A stretch of 64,000 nt of DNA from Candidatus Binatia bacterium (GTDB lineage: Bacteria > Desulfobacterota > Binatia > Bin18). The DNA lies in NCBI GenBank assembly GCA_963666315.2, contig CAXXHG010000038.1, forward strand, positions 64,001 to 128,000, given 5' to 3'. Under the pieces are notes generated by a model that was not told the origin of the DNA, did not search any database, and saw only the letters and a program-made list of their open reading frames with translations. Position numbers and translations under genes: made by a program. Shown piece by piece: positions 50,232 to 62,084 of this stretch (position 1 is its first letter; the number at the start of each line of letters is the position of its first letter).

Positions 50232-51794
50232 CTACATACCTGGGGGCCGTGACGGTCTTCCGCGTTGCGCCAGAAAGTGTGCAATCTCCACCAATGCCCA
50301 GGTGTCTTGCCGACAATACCTGCGCAGTTCTTGCTCTAACCGAGCCTTGTCTTCGTCCGGCGTATTTTCGTTGAGGGCGGCCTCCAGGTAGGCTATTTGG
50401 GCAGCAGTTCCTTCTTGCACGCCATCGAGCGCGCCATAGTCGAGGTCGGGCGCGATAGCCGGCAATACTTTCTTCATAGAGAACGAGCCGCACATGTGCG
50501 GGTGGTAGAAATGTTGCTTCACCAGCGGAAGCAGATCGACGACACGATTCAGGTATTTTTCGACCAAGTCAGCATAACGGGAATGGCGCTCTGAAAGCTC
50601 CCGTAAACGTGTTTTCTCGTAGGCTGCAAAGTAGACAAAAATAGGCCCATCATCATCCTGATCGATCATCTCCTCCATGCGTTGGATGCACGGAAGCGAG
50701 GGATCGCCGCCGGTGAGATCAAGAAACTCCGCGTGCTCGAAAACGCCCGGCGCGCGCTCTATATGACATGACCATTGAAAGGGAATTTGTTCGTAGGGCC
50801 GAACACCTGGCCAGACCGGCACCGGGAGATCAATGCCCTCGAAATCGAAGTAATAGCGCGGATACGGGAAGCGTTCGATAATTTCGGCACTGCCAGGCAC
50901 TATGACAGCCTGTCCTGAACGGTGGGCTTCCTGAATGCGTCGGTACAGGTCTTTCTGCGAGCCCGTCAGCTCTTCGGGGCTCGGGTCGAGAATGGAGAGA
51001 TATCCTTTTTTCTCCCGCAATTTCCTAGCAAGCGACTTCCCACCGACATCTGGCAACAACTCAATCGGATGATCTGGTTCCGGCGGCTCCAGGGTCCGAC
51101 AATGGTCTTGGAACTGGCACTCATAGGGGTTGTGGCAGTGTTTCCCTGTGCGGACTTCGGGTTTGTCGCCATTGATCGCTGATTGCGCGCCGTCAAGCCA
51201 TCCTGGCACTTGGCCGACTCTATCCCTGATTTCCGCTGTCGCGTCGAATTGGCGAAATAGGCCGGAGTAGTCACCACCTCCCGGATAACGCCATCTGTTG
51301 TTCAGGAGGTTAAGTTCAGCTCGATTCATTGGAATCCCGCTGTGCGACATCACCCACGCTTGTATTGCCAAATCGTCCAAATGGTGTTCCTTTGGCTTCC
51401 CTAGTGTGACCTTGTCCGATTTCAGCGGAAAAGTTGATGCCTTTGTTTCCTGGAGGACATAGCCCCCACCTTCTGGGATGAGCGCATCCGTACGTGCGTA
51501 CAATCCTCCATGAACCATCGGGACTTCCGTGGCGGGTGACTGCGGATATCTGCGCAGAAGAGATTTTGCCTCTTCCGCCGCTACGGTCTGATCGTCCAAC
51601 GCCGGAGGCCACAGGAAATCTTGACTTAGCTGCTCACGTGCCTTTGCACCGACGAGGTTCCCATCAACAGATCTTCGACGGCTTGAAGCATCCTCGGGGC
51701 TGGCAAGCTCCGGCTCATGCTGCTCAAGCCAAAGCTTCCGTGCACACTGTAGGTACGACAGGATATTTGATTTGCTGAGCATATTTAGCTCCAT
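50232..51794 (-). CDS. DUF2779-domain PD-(D/E)XK nuclease-like protein
   Basis: LSKS..QCARKLW, ARTDAL..ETKAS, YFDFEG, RPYEQIPFQWSCH, GSFSMKKVLP, YCRQDT motifs. Confidence 0.88.
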   Translation of the reverse strand: MELNMLSKSNILSYLQCARKLWLEQHEPELASPEDASSRRRSVDGNLVGAKAREQLSQDFLWPPALDDQTVAAEEAKSLLRRYPQSPATEVPMVHGGLYARTDALIPEGGGYVLQETKASTFPLKSDKVTLGKPKEHHLDDLAIQAWVMSHSGIPMNRAELNLLNNRWRYPGGGDYSGLFRQFDATAEIRDRVGQVPGWLDGAQSAINGDKPEVRTGKHCHNPYECQFQDHCRTLEPPEPDHPIELLPDVGGKSLARKLREKKGYLSILDPSPEELTGSQKDLYRRIQEAHRSGQAVIVPGSAEIIERFPYPRYYFDFEGIDLPVPVWPGVRPYEQIPFQWSCHIERAPGVFEHAEFLDLTGGDPSLPCIQRMEEMIDQDDDGPIFVYFAAYEKTRLRELSERHSRYADLVEKYLNRVVDLLPLVKQHFYHPHMCGSFSMKKVLPAIAPDLDYGALDGVQEGTAAQIAYLEAALNENTPDEDKARLEQELRRYCRQDTWALVEIAHFLAQRGRPSRPPGM

Positions 51795-51965
51795 TCGCTC
51801 ATTGACGACACCCTATAAAAACGACGGCAATGACCACAACGAGGCGTACACGCATAAACAATCCCTCTATCTGGTAGGGATACTTTCCCCTTAGCCGGTC
51901 CCGATCTGCGCGGTCAAGGAGGAATTATCGAGATCATTGGCGACATCGAGAGAACTCATACAACG

Positions 51966-54221
51966 TCACGGATTCATCAGATTCTCAGCGTCGCGATGTT
52001 TAGCCGGTTCTGTCGGCAGAGACCCCAATTTTGACCGTCGTTCTTCTTCAAACGCTTGTTCCAGTAATCCTTTCAGAGACTCTGGATTCACCGCCTCCTG
52101 GGCTGCCTCCTTCAGCGCACTCCGATCAGCATAGGCCATAATATCTTTGATCTTCGATCCTAAGAGCGTTCTCAGTCGCTCGTCATAGGTGTCCTCTGCA
52201 ATCAGACGATGGACATGCACGCGACGCAACTGACCAATACGCCGCGTTCTCGCGATGGCCTGCCATTCTGTCGTCGGCTTCGTCTGTGGCTCCATGATAA
52301 CAACAACAGATGCGGCCTGGAGATTCAGACCAACCCCGCCGGCATTGATCTGAGAGACGAGGATCGCGTGCCCCGGCTCGTTAGTGAACTCCTCAACAGT
52401 CCGTTGCCGCTCATTTGATGAAAGAGCGCCCGTAATCACGTAGCGCGTCCCACAGGTCCCTTGGACGGTTCGGACAATATCGAGATAGAAGGAGAACACT
52501 AGAACTTTCTCATTCGTTTCTTGATAATTCACGATGAGTTCGTCAAGCCGCTGCATTTTGCCGCTTTGTCCATCTCCACGTCCAATTGTGGCTGCACGCA
52601 AGGCATCGTGGTAGGTGCCTCCCATAAGGGCGTCCATATACGCGCCATGGTCCGTCGAGGTCAGGTCCACCCATTCATCTTCCTCAATCATTTCCGGTAG
52701 CTCCGGGAGAACATCTTCCTGTTTGCGTCGCAGATAGACAGGCGCAATGGCCTTCCGAAAGCGCAGCGGTCCTAGCGTGCCGGCGTCGTGCGAGTCGGCC
52801 AGGCGCCGACCAAGTGATGGTTGAAGCATGGCAATCAACGCGATCATCTCCGACGGACGGTTCTCGATAGGCGTTCCGCTCATCAGCATGGCGTAGTCAG
52901 CCCATTTTACAATGCGCTGCGCCTGATGAGACCTGTTTGCTGCGGGATTCTTCACATAATGGCACTCGTCGATGACGGCCAGATCGACTTGCGGTGGCAG
53001 TTTGCAAGACGCCCGTGATAAGGCTCCGAGCGAGATGATGAGTACGTCAAATTTCATCATCTTCTCCGAAACCTCGCGGGGGTTGGCAATATCAACCGTG
53101 AGGGACGTGAGTCGTTCGATTTCGTGACGCCACTGTGCACAGACGGGAGCTGGCGCTACGACAATGGCGTTGAGACGCTTGCGTTCACGTTTCAGATGCG
53201 TCGCCACAGCAAGGGCTTCTATCGTCTTGCCCAAGCCCATCTCGTCACCAAGCAGCACACGCTCCTGCGCTAATGCGAACTTCGCACCAAACGCTTGATA
53301 CCGTCTCAGCGAAATCTCTTTGAAGTGCGGGTGTAAGGGAGTCGCTTCGATCCGTTCGACTAGATCATCGCTCTTGAGTCCGTGGACTTTGCCTGGGTGA
53401 AAGCGGTCAAGGAGTAGTTCTATGACCTGAGTCCGGCTTTCGGCATAGAGATCGGTGAGAGACGATTCTGCTCGTTTAGCGTCTTTGCTTTCCAGATCGG
53501 CCTTGAGCGCGCGGGCAGTCTCTCGCGTCTCATCTACGTTTGACTGGTTGCGAGCGGTGGATACGTGCTCTCGTATGTGTACCGGCTTTTGTCCAGCCAG
53601 ACATCGAAGGAGCGCGCGGCGGTGCACCTTTTTCCAGGCGCGGTGCTCTTGTGGCAGAGCACGTTCTTGGGCAGCAATTTGCTCTTGAAACTCGTCATCA
53701 CTGTCGAGGAGGGCCAGGGCCGTCGTGGCGACGTTCGTCTCTTCAGGGAGCAAATGGGCTCCTGGGATGGCTGTCCAGTGTTCCTCCCAATATTCGTCGC
53801 GGAGGCTGTCTTTCAGAGAAAGGAGATTGAACAGAGCGTCGCCGCGCAGACGCGGGATTGTCGGAACGCCTCGGTCGACGTCCGCGATTCGGCTGTACCC
53901 GTCTGACTCAAGCCGCTCCACCCCCTGTTTCCCCAGCCCATCGACTTTGAAATCACGGATACGGAGTTTACGCCATTCCCGTTCAAACCGCTCTGTCGCC
54001 AATCTCCGGTATGCTATATCGAGCCGATCTTGACGTGTACTGAACTCATTGGCGGCCCAGGCCATATCAGCTTGGCAGCTCGCCAGGGTCCGTTTCCAGT
54101 CCCTTATTTCCTTGCGCCAGATGAACAAGTAATAGCGTGCCAAGAGGCACGTGATCACGATGATGACAGCAGCTATGCCGGCCAGCTCAGTTGTCACGGC
54201 GGACTCCTGTGGTGGGATCAT
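51966..54221 (-). CDS. SNF2-family helicase with N-terminal TM helix
   Basis: DEMGLGKT, DECH, SGTPIEN, QAIARTRRIGQ; hydrophobic N-terminus. Confidence 0.88.
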   Translation of the reverse strand: MIPPQESAVTTELAGIAAVIIVITCLLARYYLFIWRKEIRDWKRTLASCQADMAWAANEFSTRQDRLDIAYRRLATERFEREWRKLRIRDFKVDGLGKQGVERLESDGYSRIADVDRGVPTIPRLRGDALFNLLSLKDSLRDEYWEEHWTAIPGAHLLPEETNVATTALALLDSDDEFQEQIAAQERALPQEHRAWKKVHRRALLRCLAGQKPVHIREHVSTARNQSNVDETRETARALKADLESKDAKRAESSLTDLYAESRTQVIELLLDRFHPGKVHGLKSDDLVERIEATPLHPHFKEISLRRYQAFGAKFALAQERVLLGDEMGLGKTIEALAVATHLKRERKRLNAIVVAPAPVCAQWRHEIERLTSLTVDIANPREVSEKMMKFDVLIISLGALSRASCKLPPQVDLAVIDECHYVKNPAANRSHQAQRIVKWADYAMLMSGTPIENRPSEMIALIAMLQPSLGRRLADSHDAGTLGPLRFRKAIAPVYLRRKQEDVLPELPEMIEEDEWVDLTSTDHGAYMDALMGGTYHDALRAATIGRGDGQSGKMQRLDELIVNYQETNEKVLVFSFYLDIVRTVQGTCGTRYVITGALSSNERQRTVEEFTNEPGHAILVSQINAGGVGLNLQAASVVVIMEPQTKPTTEWQAIARTRRIGQLRRVHVHRLIAEDTYDERLRTLLGSKIKDIMAYADRSALKEAAQEAVNPESLKGLLEQAFEEERRSKLGSLPTEPAKHRDAENLMNP

Positions 54222-54431
54222 TTACTAATGGGTCATCTGTTGGCCCTCTGTCAACAGGCGACGCTCAAGAGGACCGCGCGCGTTTCGCCATTGCCGGCAA
54301 ATGACGGGTCGTACCTAGGGCGCGAGTGAACCCAGATAGGCCATGGTATCGACTCTCTTCGCTTGACCCCGGCATATCCCGCGCGGTACATTCCGGCATT
54401 ATCACGACACACATTAGGAGAGGGGGTCTTC

Positions 54432-54578
54432 TTGCCGGCAAACACCACGGAGATAGAAAAGCGGCTGTGGGATGCGGCGGATGAGCTACGCGCCAATTCC
54501 CGCCTCAAAGCATCGGAATACTCAGTGCCCGTCTTGGGTCTGATCTTCCTCAAGATCGACGTGAGGGAAGCCGCATGA
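54432..54578 (+). pseudogene. hsdM: Type I RM HsdM N-terminal fragment
   Basis: [35 protein letters not shown], then an abrupt end. Confidence 0.85.
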
Positions 54579-56830
54579 GCGAAATGTTATTCCAACAGGT
54601 CCAGTACAATCTGGAGGCGTTAGTCAATTTCATCGAGTTGGGACAGATTGGTCTGCCGAACATCCAGCGGCCCTTTGTCTGGAAGAATACCAAGGTACGC
54701 GACCTGTTCGATTCCATGTACCGAGGATATCCGGTCGGCTACCTGCTCCTGTGGCAAAACGGCTTTAGCGATGACATCCGCACCATCGGCACCGATCACA
54801 AGCAAACGGCTCCACGGCTCCTGATCGTGGACGGCCAGCAACGCCTCACCTCTCTCTACGCCGTTGTCAAAGGTGTCCCGGTGCTCCGAGAGAACTACAG
54901 CACCGAAACGATTGCTATTGCCTTTAGTCCGCTGTTAGAGCGCTTCGAGGTGGCCGACGCCGCTATCCGGCGTGACAAGTTCTATATCCCGAATATTTCC
55001 GTCCTCTGGAGCCCCGATACCGACCTGTTCGACCTGGTCGATGACTATCTCGAAAACCTGTCGTCGAATCGCGAGGTCAGCGCAGAGGAACGCAAACACA
55101 TCCGCAAGGTCATCCAGCGGCTCAGCAACTTGCTCACCTATCCGTTGACCGCGCTGGAGCTGTCTCCCAAGATTGACGACGAGCAAGTGGCGGAAGTTTT
55201 TGTTCGCATTAATAGTAAAGGGACCGCCCTCGTTGAGGCCGACTTTATCCTGACTTTGATGTCAGTCTTTTGGGATGATGGCCGAGCCGAATTGGAGACC
55301 TTCTGCCGCACGGCTCGCACGCCGACCGTCGGCGAGGCGTCCCCATTTAATCACTTTATCCACCCGGACCCGGATCAACTGCTGCGTGTCAACGTCGGTG
55401 TCGGATTCAAACGGGCGCGGCTCAAGTTCGTCTACTCCATCCTGCGGGGCAAAGACCTCGAAACCGGGCAGTTCAGTGCCGAGCGCCGGGACGCGCAATT
55501 TAAGATACTCAAACAGGCGCAGACTCGTACCCTCAACCTCCAATACTGGCATGACTTCTTTAAGGCCATTGTCCAGGCGGGCTACAAGGGAGGCCGGCTC
55601 TTTACCTCACAGAACAATCTGCTGTTCACCTACGTCATGTATCTGATCGGACGCACCGAATACGGCGTCGGTGAACGCACCTTACGGCAGGCCATCGCCA
55701 AATGGTTCTTCATGTGTAGCCTCACCGGGCGGTATACCCGCTCCCCCGAAAGCGACTTCGAGTTCGACTTAGCCCGGCTGCGTGAAATAAAAGACGGCGA
55801 CGCCTTCATCACCATGTTGCATCAGATTTGCGATACCACCCTGACCGGCGACTTCTGGACGCTCACGCTGCCGAACGAGCTGGCAACCTCCTCACCCAGG
55901 AGCCCCTCACTCTTCGCGTATTACGCCTCCCTCATCCTCCTAGACGCCAAAGCCTTGTTCTCCCCGCAACGAGTCGTGGACCTTATGGACCCCTCAGTGC
56001 ACGCGCGCCGCAATGCCATTGAGCGCCATCACCTGTTTCCGCTGGGCTATCTCAAAACCCTCGGCATTACCGATATCCGAGAAACCAACCAGATCGCCAA
56101 TTACGCCATTACCGAATGGAATGACAACGTGGACATCAGCGACCAGCCGCCGGCAGTGTATCTGCCACAACTGATAGAGCAAGTGGACGTCAAAGAACTG
56201 GATCGCATGACCTACTGGCACGCCCTCCCAGACGGATGGGAGAACATGAAGTACAGCGATTTCCTGACCCAGCGCCGGGAGCGCATGGCCCGTGTCATGG
56301 CCGACGCCTATAAGCGCCTGTCCGGCCCCAGCGAGGAAGAACGGCGCGGACAAGAGGTCTCCTTAGTCGATCTGATCGGAGACGGCGAAACGAGCCGGGT
56401 GGAGTTCAAAGCCACCTTGCGGGTCAATCTGCACACCGGCCAAAAAGACCCACGCATGGAGCTGGCCATCCTCAAGACCGTCGCCGGCTTTCTCAACACC
56501 CAAGGCGGGACGCTGCTGATTGGGGTGGGCGATCACGGCAATCCGGTCGGCATCGAGGCAGACGGCTTTGCCAATGAAGATAAGATGAACCTGCATCTCA
56601 TTCACCTGCTGCGGGATCGCATCGGGACCGCCAAACTCATGTATGTGCATCCCCGCTTTGAAGACCATGAGGACGAGCGGGTGCTCGCCGTCGATTGCTG
56701 GCCGGCCAAGTCGCCGGTGTTTGTCAAAGACGGCAATACCGAACACTTCTACATTCGCACCGGCACCTCGACCTCGGAGCTGACCTCCAGTCAGACCCAC
56801 GACTTCATTACACAACACTTCGACTCTTAG
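54575..56830 (+). CDS. GmrSD-like DUF262 + HNH-like protein fused to an AlbA_2/Schlafen domain
   Basis: [21 protein letters not shown]; ERHHLFP..NQIANY; [21 protein letters not shown]. Confidence 0.88.
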   Translation: MSEMLFQQVQYNLEALVNFIELGQIGLPNIQRPFVWKNTKVRDLFDSMYRGYPVGYLLLWQNGFSDDIRTIGTDHKQTAPRLLIVDGQQRLTSLYAVVKGVPVLRENYSTETIAIAFSPLLERFEVADAAIRRDKFYIPNISVLWSPDTDLFDLVDDYLENLSSNREVSAEERKHIRKVIQRLSNLLTYPLTALELSPKIDDEQVAEVFVRINSKGTALVEADFILTLMSVFWDDGRAELETFCRTARTPTVGEASPFNHFIHPDPDQLLRVNVGVGFKRARLKFVYSILRGKDLETGQFSAERRDAQFKILKQAQTRTLNLQYWHDFFKAIVQAGYKGGRLFTSQNNLLFTYVMYLIGRTEYGVGERTLRQAIAKWFFMCSLTGRYTRSPESDFEFDLARLREIKDGDAFITMLHQICDTTLTGDFWTLTLPNELATSSPRSPSLFAYYASLILLDAKALFSPQRVVDLMDPSVHARRNAIERHHLFPLGYLKTLGITDIRETNQIANYAITEWNDNVDISDQPPAVYLPQLIEQVDVKELDRMTYWHALPDGWENMKYSDFLTQRRERMARVMADAYKRLSGPSEEERRGQEVSLVDLIGDGETSRVEFKATLRVNLHTGQKDPRMELAILKTVAGFLNTQGGTLLIGVGDHGNPVGIEADGFANEDKMNLHLIHLLRDRIGTAKLMYVHPRFEDHEDERVLAVDCWPAKSPVFVKDGNTEHFYIRTGTSTSELTSSQTHDFITQHFDS

Positions 56831-56842
56831 CTGACAATTATG

Positions 56843-56934
56843 ATGGCTAGCGACTACTCCGAAGATGTCCTTGTTGGATAGCCGACAATCGCCCTGTTGC
56901 CGAACTCGGCTACAAGACCGCCAATTGTCTCTAC
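56843..56934 (+). pseudogene. hsdR: Type I RM HsdR N-terminal remnant
   Basis: MASDYSEDVLVG*PTIAL/AELGYKTANCLY, with a stop and a frameshift. Confidence 0.55.
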
Positions 56935-56966
56935 GGGCAATCGATGCGTAAGGAACCCACATAGCC

Positions 56967-59366
56967 ATGGCCATCAAGAAATCCGACCTCTACTCATCGC
57001 TCTGGTCGAGCTGCGACGAGCTGCGCGGCGGCATGGATGCGAGCCAGTACAAAGACTACGTGCTCGTGCTGCTGTTTGTAAAATACGTCAGCGATAAATA
57101 TGCCGGCCAGCCCTACGCGCCGATTTCTATCCCTGACGGCGCGAGTTTTACGGACATGATGGCCCTCAAGGGGTCGAGCGACATCGGCGACCAGATCAAC
57201 AAGAAGATCCTAGGCCCCTTGGCCAACGCCAACGAGCTGTCCGACATGCCGGACTTCAACGACGCCACCAAGCTCGGCACCGGCAAAGAGATGGTGGATC
57301 GACTCACCAATCTGATCGCCATCTTCGAGAATCCCGCACTCGACTTCTCCAAGAACCGGGCGGATGACGATGACATCCTGGGCGACGCCTACGAATACCT
57401 GATGCGCCACTTCGCCACCGAGAGTGGCAAGAGCAAAGGGCAGTTCTACACCCCGGCTGAAGTGAGTCGTATTATCGCCCAACTGCTTGGCATCCGTGAC
57501 GCCGTCACCACTAACGATACAACTGTCTATGACCCGACCTGTGGTTCAGGCTCACTACTCTTGAAAGTGGGCGAACAGGCGACCGCACAGGTCACACTCT
57601 ACGGGCAAGAAAAAGATGCGGCCACTTCCGGCCTCGCCCGTATGAACATGATCTTGCATGATAACCCCACGGCGCTGATCCGGCAGGGCAACACGTTGAC
57701 CAATCCGCTGTTTACAGAAAATGGGCGGCTCAAGACCTTTGACTATGTGATTGCCAATCCGCCCTTTAGCGACAAACGCTGGAGTACCGGGCTCGACCCG
57801 CTCAACGACCCCCATGAGCGCTTTAGTCATTTCGGGGTACCGCCGGCCAAGCAAGGCGACTATGCCTATCTCCTGCATATTGTGCGCTCACTGAAGAGCA
57901 CCGGCACCGGCGTGTGTGTGCTCCCGCACGGGGTCTTGTTTCGCGGCAACGTCGAGGCCGACAGCCGCCGGAATCTGATCCGTCGGGGCTACATCAAAGG
58001 CATCGTTGGCCTACCGGCCAATCTCTTCTATGGCACGGGTATCCCGGCCTGTCTCATTGTCCTCGATAAAGCGCGCGCGGCGGCCCGCACAGGCATCTTC
58101 ATGATCGACGCCTCCAAGGGTTTCATGAAAGACGGCAACAAGAACCGCCTGCGAGAAATGGACCTCCATCGGATTGTCGATGTCTTCACCAAACAGCGCG
58201 AAGAGCCCAAGTATTCCCGCCTGGTGCCTTTTGAGGAAATAGAGAAAAACGAGTTCAACCTGAACATCCCGCGCTACATCGACAGCCAGGAACCTGAAGA
58301 CATTCAGGACATTGAGGGCCACCTACGCGGCGGGATGCCGGTAGCCGATGTGGATGCTCTGGAATCATATTGGTCGGTCTGCCCACACCTACGCGGGAGT
58401 CTCTTCAACGAGATGCGTCCCGGATACCTGAGCCTGGCCGTCGACACGTCAGCTATCAAGCCGGTCATCTATGAACACGCGGAGTTCGCCGGTTTCATCG
58501 CCCGGATGGAGGATCATTTTAATCAATGGCGCAATCAGGCCGTAGCGGGGCTCAAGTCCCTGGCGCAGGGCTGTCATCCCAAAACTATTATTACCGAGTT
58601 GAGCGAGGGCCTGCTCAACCACTACGCCGGCATGCCGCTCATAGGCAACTATGATGTCTATCAGCACCTCATGGATTATTGGGCCGCAATCATGCAGGAC
58701 GACTGCTATCTGATCGCCGCCGATGGGTGGAAGGCCGAGCCAGAGCGCATCATCGAGACAGATAAAAAAGGCAAAGAGAAAGACAAGGGCTGGGCCTGCG
58801 ACCTGGTGCCCAAGGCCCTTATTGTGGCCCGCTACTTTGCGGAGGAGCAGGCGGCCCTCACCGCGTTGGAGGCTGAACTGGAAAGTATCAGCGCGCAAAT
58901 GGCCGAACAGGAAGAAGAGCACGGCGGAGAGGAGGGTCTTTTCGCGGAGCTGGAGAAGGTAAACAAGGCCAACGTCACCGCCCGGCTGAAGGATATCAAA
59001 CGTGATCCCGATGCCAAGGACGAAGCCAAGGCGCTGAACGACTGGCTCATGCTCTGCAACGAGGAGGCAGCAAAAAAGAAAGTCATCAAAGAGGTCGATG
59101 CCGCCCTCGATGCCAAAGCGCTGGCCAAGTACCCGATGCTCAGTGAGGATGAGGTCAAGACGTTGGTGGTGGAAGACAAATGGCTTACGACCCTTGCCGG
59201 CGCTCTGCACGGCGAGATGGACCGCATCAGCCAATCTTTGACACAGCGTGTGAAAGAGCTGGCCGAACGCTATGAAACCCCGCTGCCCCAAGTCGGAAGC
59301 CAGGCTGCTGAGCTGGAGCAGAAAGTGAATTGCCACCTGGAGAAGATGGGTTTCTCATGGAACTGA
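56967..59366 (+). CDS. hsdM: Type I RM methyltransferase subunit
   Basis: GQFYTP, DPTCGSG, NPPF, LPHGVLFRG motifs. Confidence 0.95.
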   Translation: MAIKKSDLYSSLWSSCDELRGGMDASQYKDYVLVLLFVKYVSDKYAGQPYAPISIPDGASFTDMMALKGSSDIGDQINKKILGPLANANELSDMPDFNDATKLGTGKEMVDRLTNLIAIFENPALDFSKNRADDDDILGDAYEYLMRHFATESGKSKGQFYTPAEVSRIIAQLLGIRDAVTTNDTTVYDPTCGSGSLLLKVGEQATAQVTLYGQEKDAATSGLARMNMILHDNPTALIRQGNTLTNPLFTENGRLKTFDYVIANPPFSDKRWSTGLDPLNDPHERFSHFGVPPAKQGDYAYLLHIVRSLKSTGTGVCVLPHGVLFRGNVEADSRRNLIRRGYIKGIVGLPANLFYGTGIPACLIVLDKARAAARTGIFMIDASKGFMKDGNKNRLREMDLHRIVDVFTKQREEPKYSRLVPFEEIEKNEFNLNIPRYIDSQEPEDIQDIEGHLRGGMPVADVDALESYWSVCPHLRGSLFNEMRPGYLSLAVDTSAIKPVIYEHAEFAGFIARMEDHFNQWRNQAVAGLKSLAQGCHPKTIITELSEGLLNHYAGMPLIGNYDVYQHLMDYWAAIMQDDCYLIAADGWKAEPERIIETDKKGKEKDKGWACDLVPKALIVARYFAEEQAALTALEAELESISAQMAEQEEEHGGEEGLFAELEKVNKANVTARLKDIKRDPDAKDEAKALNDWLMLCNEEAAKKKVIKEVDAALDAKALAKYPMLSEDEVKTLVVEDKWLTTLAGALHGEMDRISQSLTQRVKELAERYETPLPQVGSQAAELEQKVNCHLEKMGFSWN

Positions 59367-60638
59367 GACCTGGTTACAAGCAGACTGAGGTGGGGGCGAT
59401 CCCGGAGGATTGGGAAGTTGGCTCTTTAGAATTTTTGACTGACCCGAGACGGCCCATCTCCTACGGTATCGTTCAGACAGGGCCGACTGTCCCGAATGGG
59501 GTGAGATGCCTGCGCGTCTTGGATGTTAATGATGGCCGAATAAGCAAGGACAAGCTCATAACGACAAGCAAAGAAATCAGCAGCGCTTACAAAAGAACCA
59601 TCCTAAAAGCTGGCGACTTGGTTATGCCGCTGCGCGGCAAAGTGGGAGACGTAGCAATCGTTGATCAGGACCTGGCTGGCTCCAATCTCACTAGGGGCAT
59701 CGCGCTAATTTCGATTCGGTCAGATTGGAGCGCCTCCTACAGTCAGCAATTTATTTCGTCGCCTGCCACGCGAAACAGGCTAGAGCACTCCTTAAACGGA
59801 TCGGCTTTACAGGAGATTCCAATAGCAACCTTACGCGCCTTCAAAATTGCCCTCCCCCCCACCAAAGCCGAACAAGAAGCCATTGCCCAGGCGCTCTCAG
59901 ATGCGGATGCCCTCATCGCATCCCTAGAGCACCCTCATCACCAAAAAACGCCGGATCAAACAAGGTGCCATGCAGGAATTGCTCACGGGGAAGAAGCGAC
60001 TGCCGGGGTTCGAGACTAATCCGGGTTACAAGCAGACCGAAATCGGAAGGATTCCAGAGGATTGGGAGGTTCACGGGCTGGGTCAACTCTGTAATTGTTT
60101 CTCTGGTGGAACGCCAAGTACTTCGAATCCTAGCTATTACGGCGGAAACATTCCATGGATTACTTCAAGTGATTTGAACAAGGAACGAATAACAGAAGTC
60201 GAAGGCCGCATTACTGATGCTGGCCTCGCAAATTCTTCAGCCAAGATCACCAACGAGAATTCATTGCTTCTAGCCCTTTATGGTGCAACTGCTGGAGTAA
60301 GTGCCATAACTGAGATACGGGCAGCGATAAACCAAGCTGTATTAGTGATTATTCCAGTTAGACTAAATGTCGATTACCTTTTTCAGTATCTACGACTGAA
60401 AAAGGACTCATACATCAAGACATATACCCAAGGTGGGCAGCCAAACTTTAGCGGCGAGATCGTTAAGTCATTTTTAATTCCGATCCCCCCCACCAAGGCC
60501 GAACAAACCGCCATCGCCGGCATCCTCACCGACATGGACACCGAAATCACCGCCCTAGAATCAAAACTGACCAAGACCCGCCAGCTCAAACAGGGCATGA
60601 TGCACAACCTGCTCGCCGGGAGGATTCGCCTGGTATGA
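59357..60638 (+). CDS. hsdS: Type I RM specificity subunit copy 1, +1 frameshift at 59932-59934
   Basis: Two TRDs, GYKQTE.G.IPEDW and PPTKAEQ.AIA repeats; one extra C relative to copy 2. Confidence 0.88.
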
Positions 60639-60748
60639 CCACCATCGGCACACCCGAACGAGTCACCCAGGACCGCGTCTGAAACCATGAGCAAGGTTGC
60701 TGAGCTGGAGAAGAAAGTGAACGGCCACTTGGAGCAGATGGGATACTC

Positions 60749-62084
60749 ATGGACATGATGAGCCGTTCTTCATGTCCGAAAGGGTACAAGCAGACCGAGG
60801 TAGGGGTGATCCCGGAGGATTGGGAGGTTGTCTGTTTATCTGACGTATTGGATGGGTTTCAGAATGGTTACGCTTTTTCTGCCCAAGCATATACTTCTTC
60901 GGGAGTGCCTATCGTAACAATGGCGCAAATCAGCCTCGATGGCTCGTTTCAGTTTGATGAGGCTATTGTAAATAACTGGGACGATGAAGAGGCTAAGAAA
61001 CTCAAGGCTTTCTTCGTAAATGATGGCGATGTCATTGTTTCCATGACTGACGTAACACCCTCCAAGAATCTGATTGGCAGAATGGCTTTGACCAAGCTCG
61101 ATAAGCCAGCTCTTCTAAATCAACGAGTGGGTTTACTACGGCTAAACAGGGATAGAATCCTTCCTGGGTATCTCGTCCCTTTATCCAATCAGAGTGCATG
61201 GCGAAGCTATTGCAAAGGAGCCGCTACCTTAGGAGTCCAGGCAAATATTGGAACGAAGGAGCTGAAAAATGGACTAATTCCTCTCCCCCCCACCATCGCC
61301 GAACAAGAAGCCATCGCCGAGGCGCTCTCCGATGCGGATACCCTCATCGAATCCGTTGAGCAACTCATCACCAAAAAACGCCAGATCAAACAAGGGGCCA
61401 TGCAGGAATTGCTCACTAGCAAGAAGCGCCTGCCGGGGTTTGAAATCAAATCCGGCACCAAGCAGACCGAGGTCGGGGTGATTCCAAACGATTGGGAAGC
61501 AAAGCAAATTCAAGAAGTTTGTGATTTCATCGTGCCAGGAAGAAACAGACCCCGAGTTTTCAACGGGGATATTCCCTGGATTACGACTCCCGATTTAGAA
61601 GATGGCAGAAATGTACATGAGTCCCGTTTGTCGCTCAGAGTATCGATAAGCGAGGCCAAGGCCGTCGGATCGAAGGTTGTTCCAGAAGGCTCAGTGTTGA
61701 TGTCGTGCGTTGGAGAATTGGGGATCGTGGCGCTGGCTGGACGTGACATTGTCATCAATCAACAACTTCATGCTTTCTTACCGACGGGAGCGATCAACCC
61801 AGTGTTCCTAGTTTACGCTATCAAGACCCAGGCATCTTATATTGAAAGCGTCGCAACGAAGACGGCTTTACCTTATCTGAATAAAGAAAACTGCAACTCA
61901 ATTCCAATTCCACTGCCTCCTCTTGCCGAACAAGAAGCCATAGCCGACGCGCTCTCCGACATGGACACGGAAATCGACGCCATACAATCAAAACTGACCA
62001 AGGCCCGCCAACTCAAACAAGGCCCGCCAACTCAAACAAGGCATGACGCACAACCTGCTGACCGGGAGGATTCGCCTGGTATGA
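60749..62084 (+). CDS. hsdS: Type I RM specificity subunit copy 2, reading through in frame into hsdR
   Basis: Hand translation is open from ATG 60749; TRDs differ from copy 1; 19-bp duplication at 61999-62036 bypasses the stop. Confidence 0.88.
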
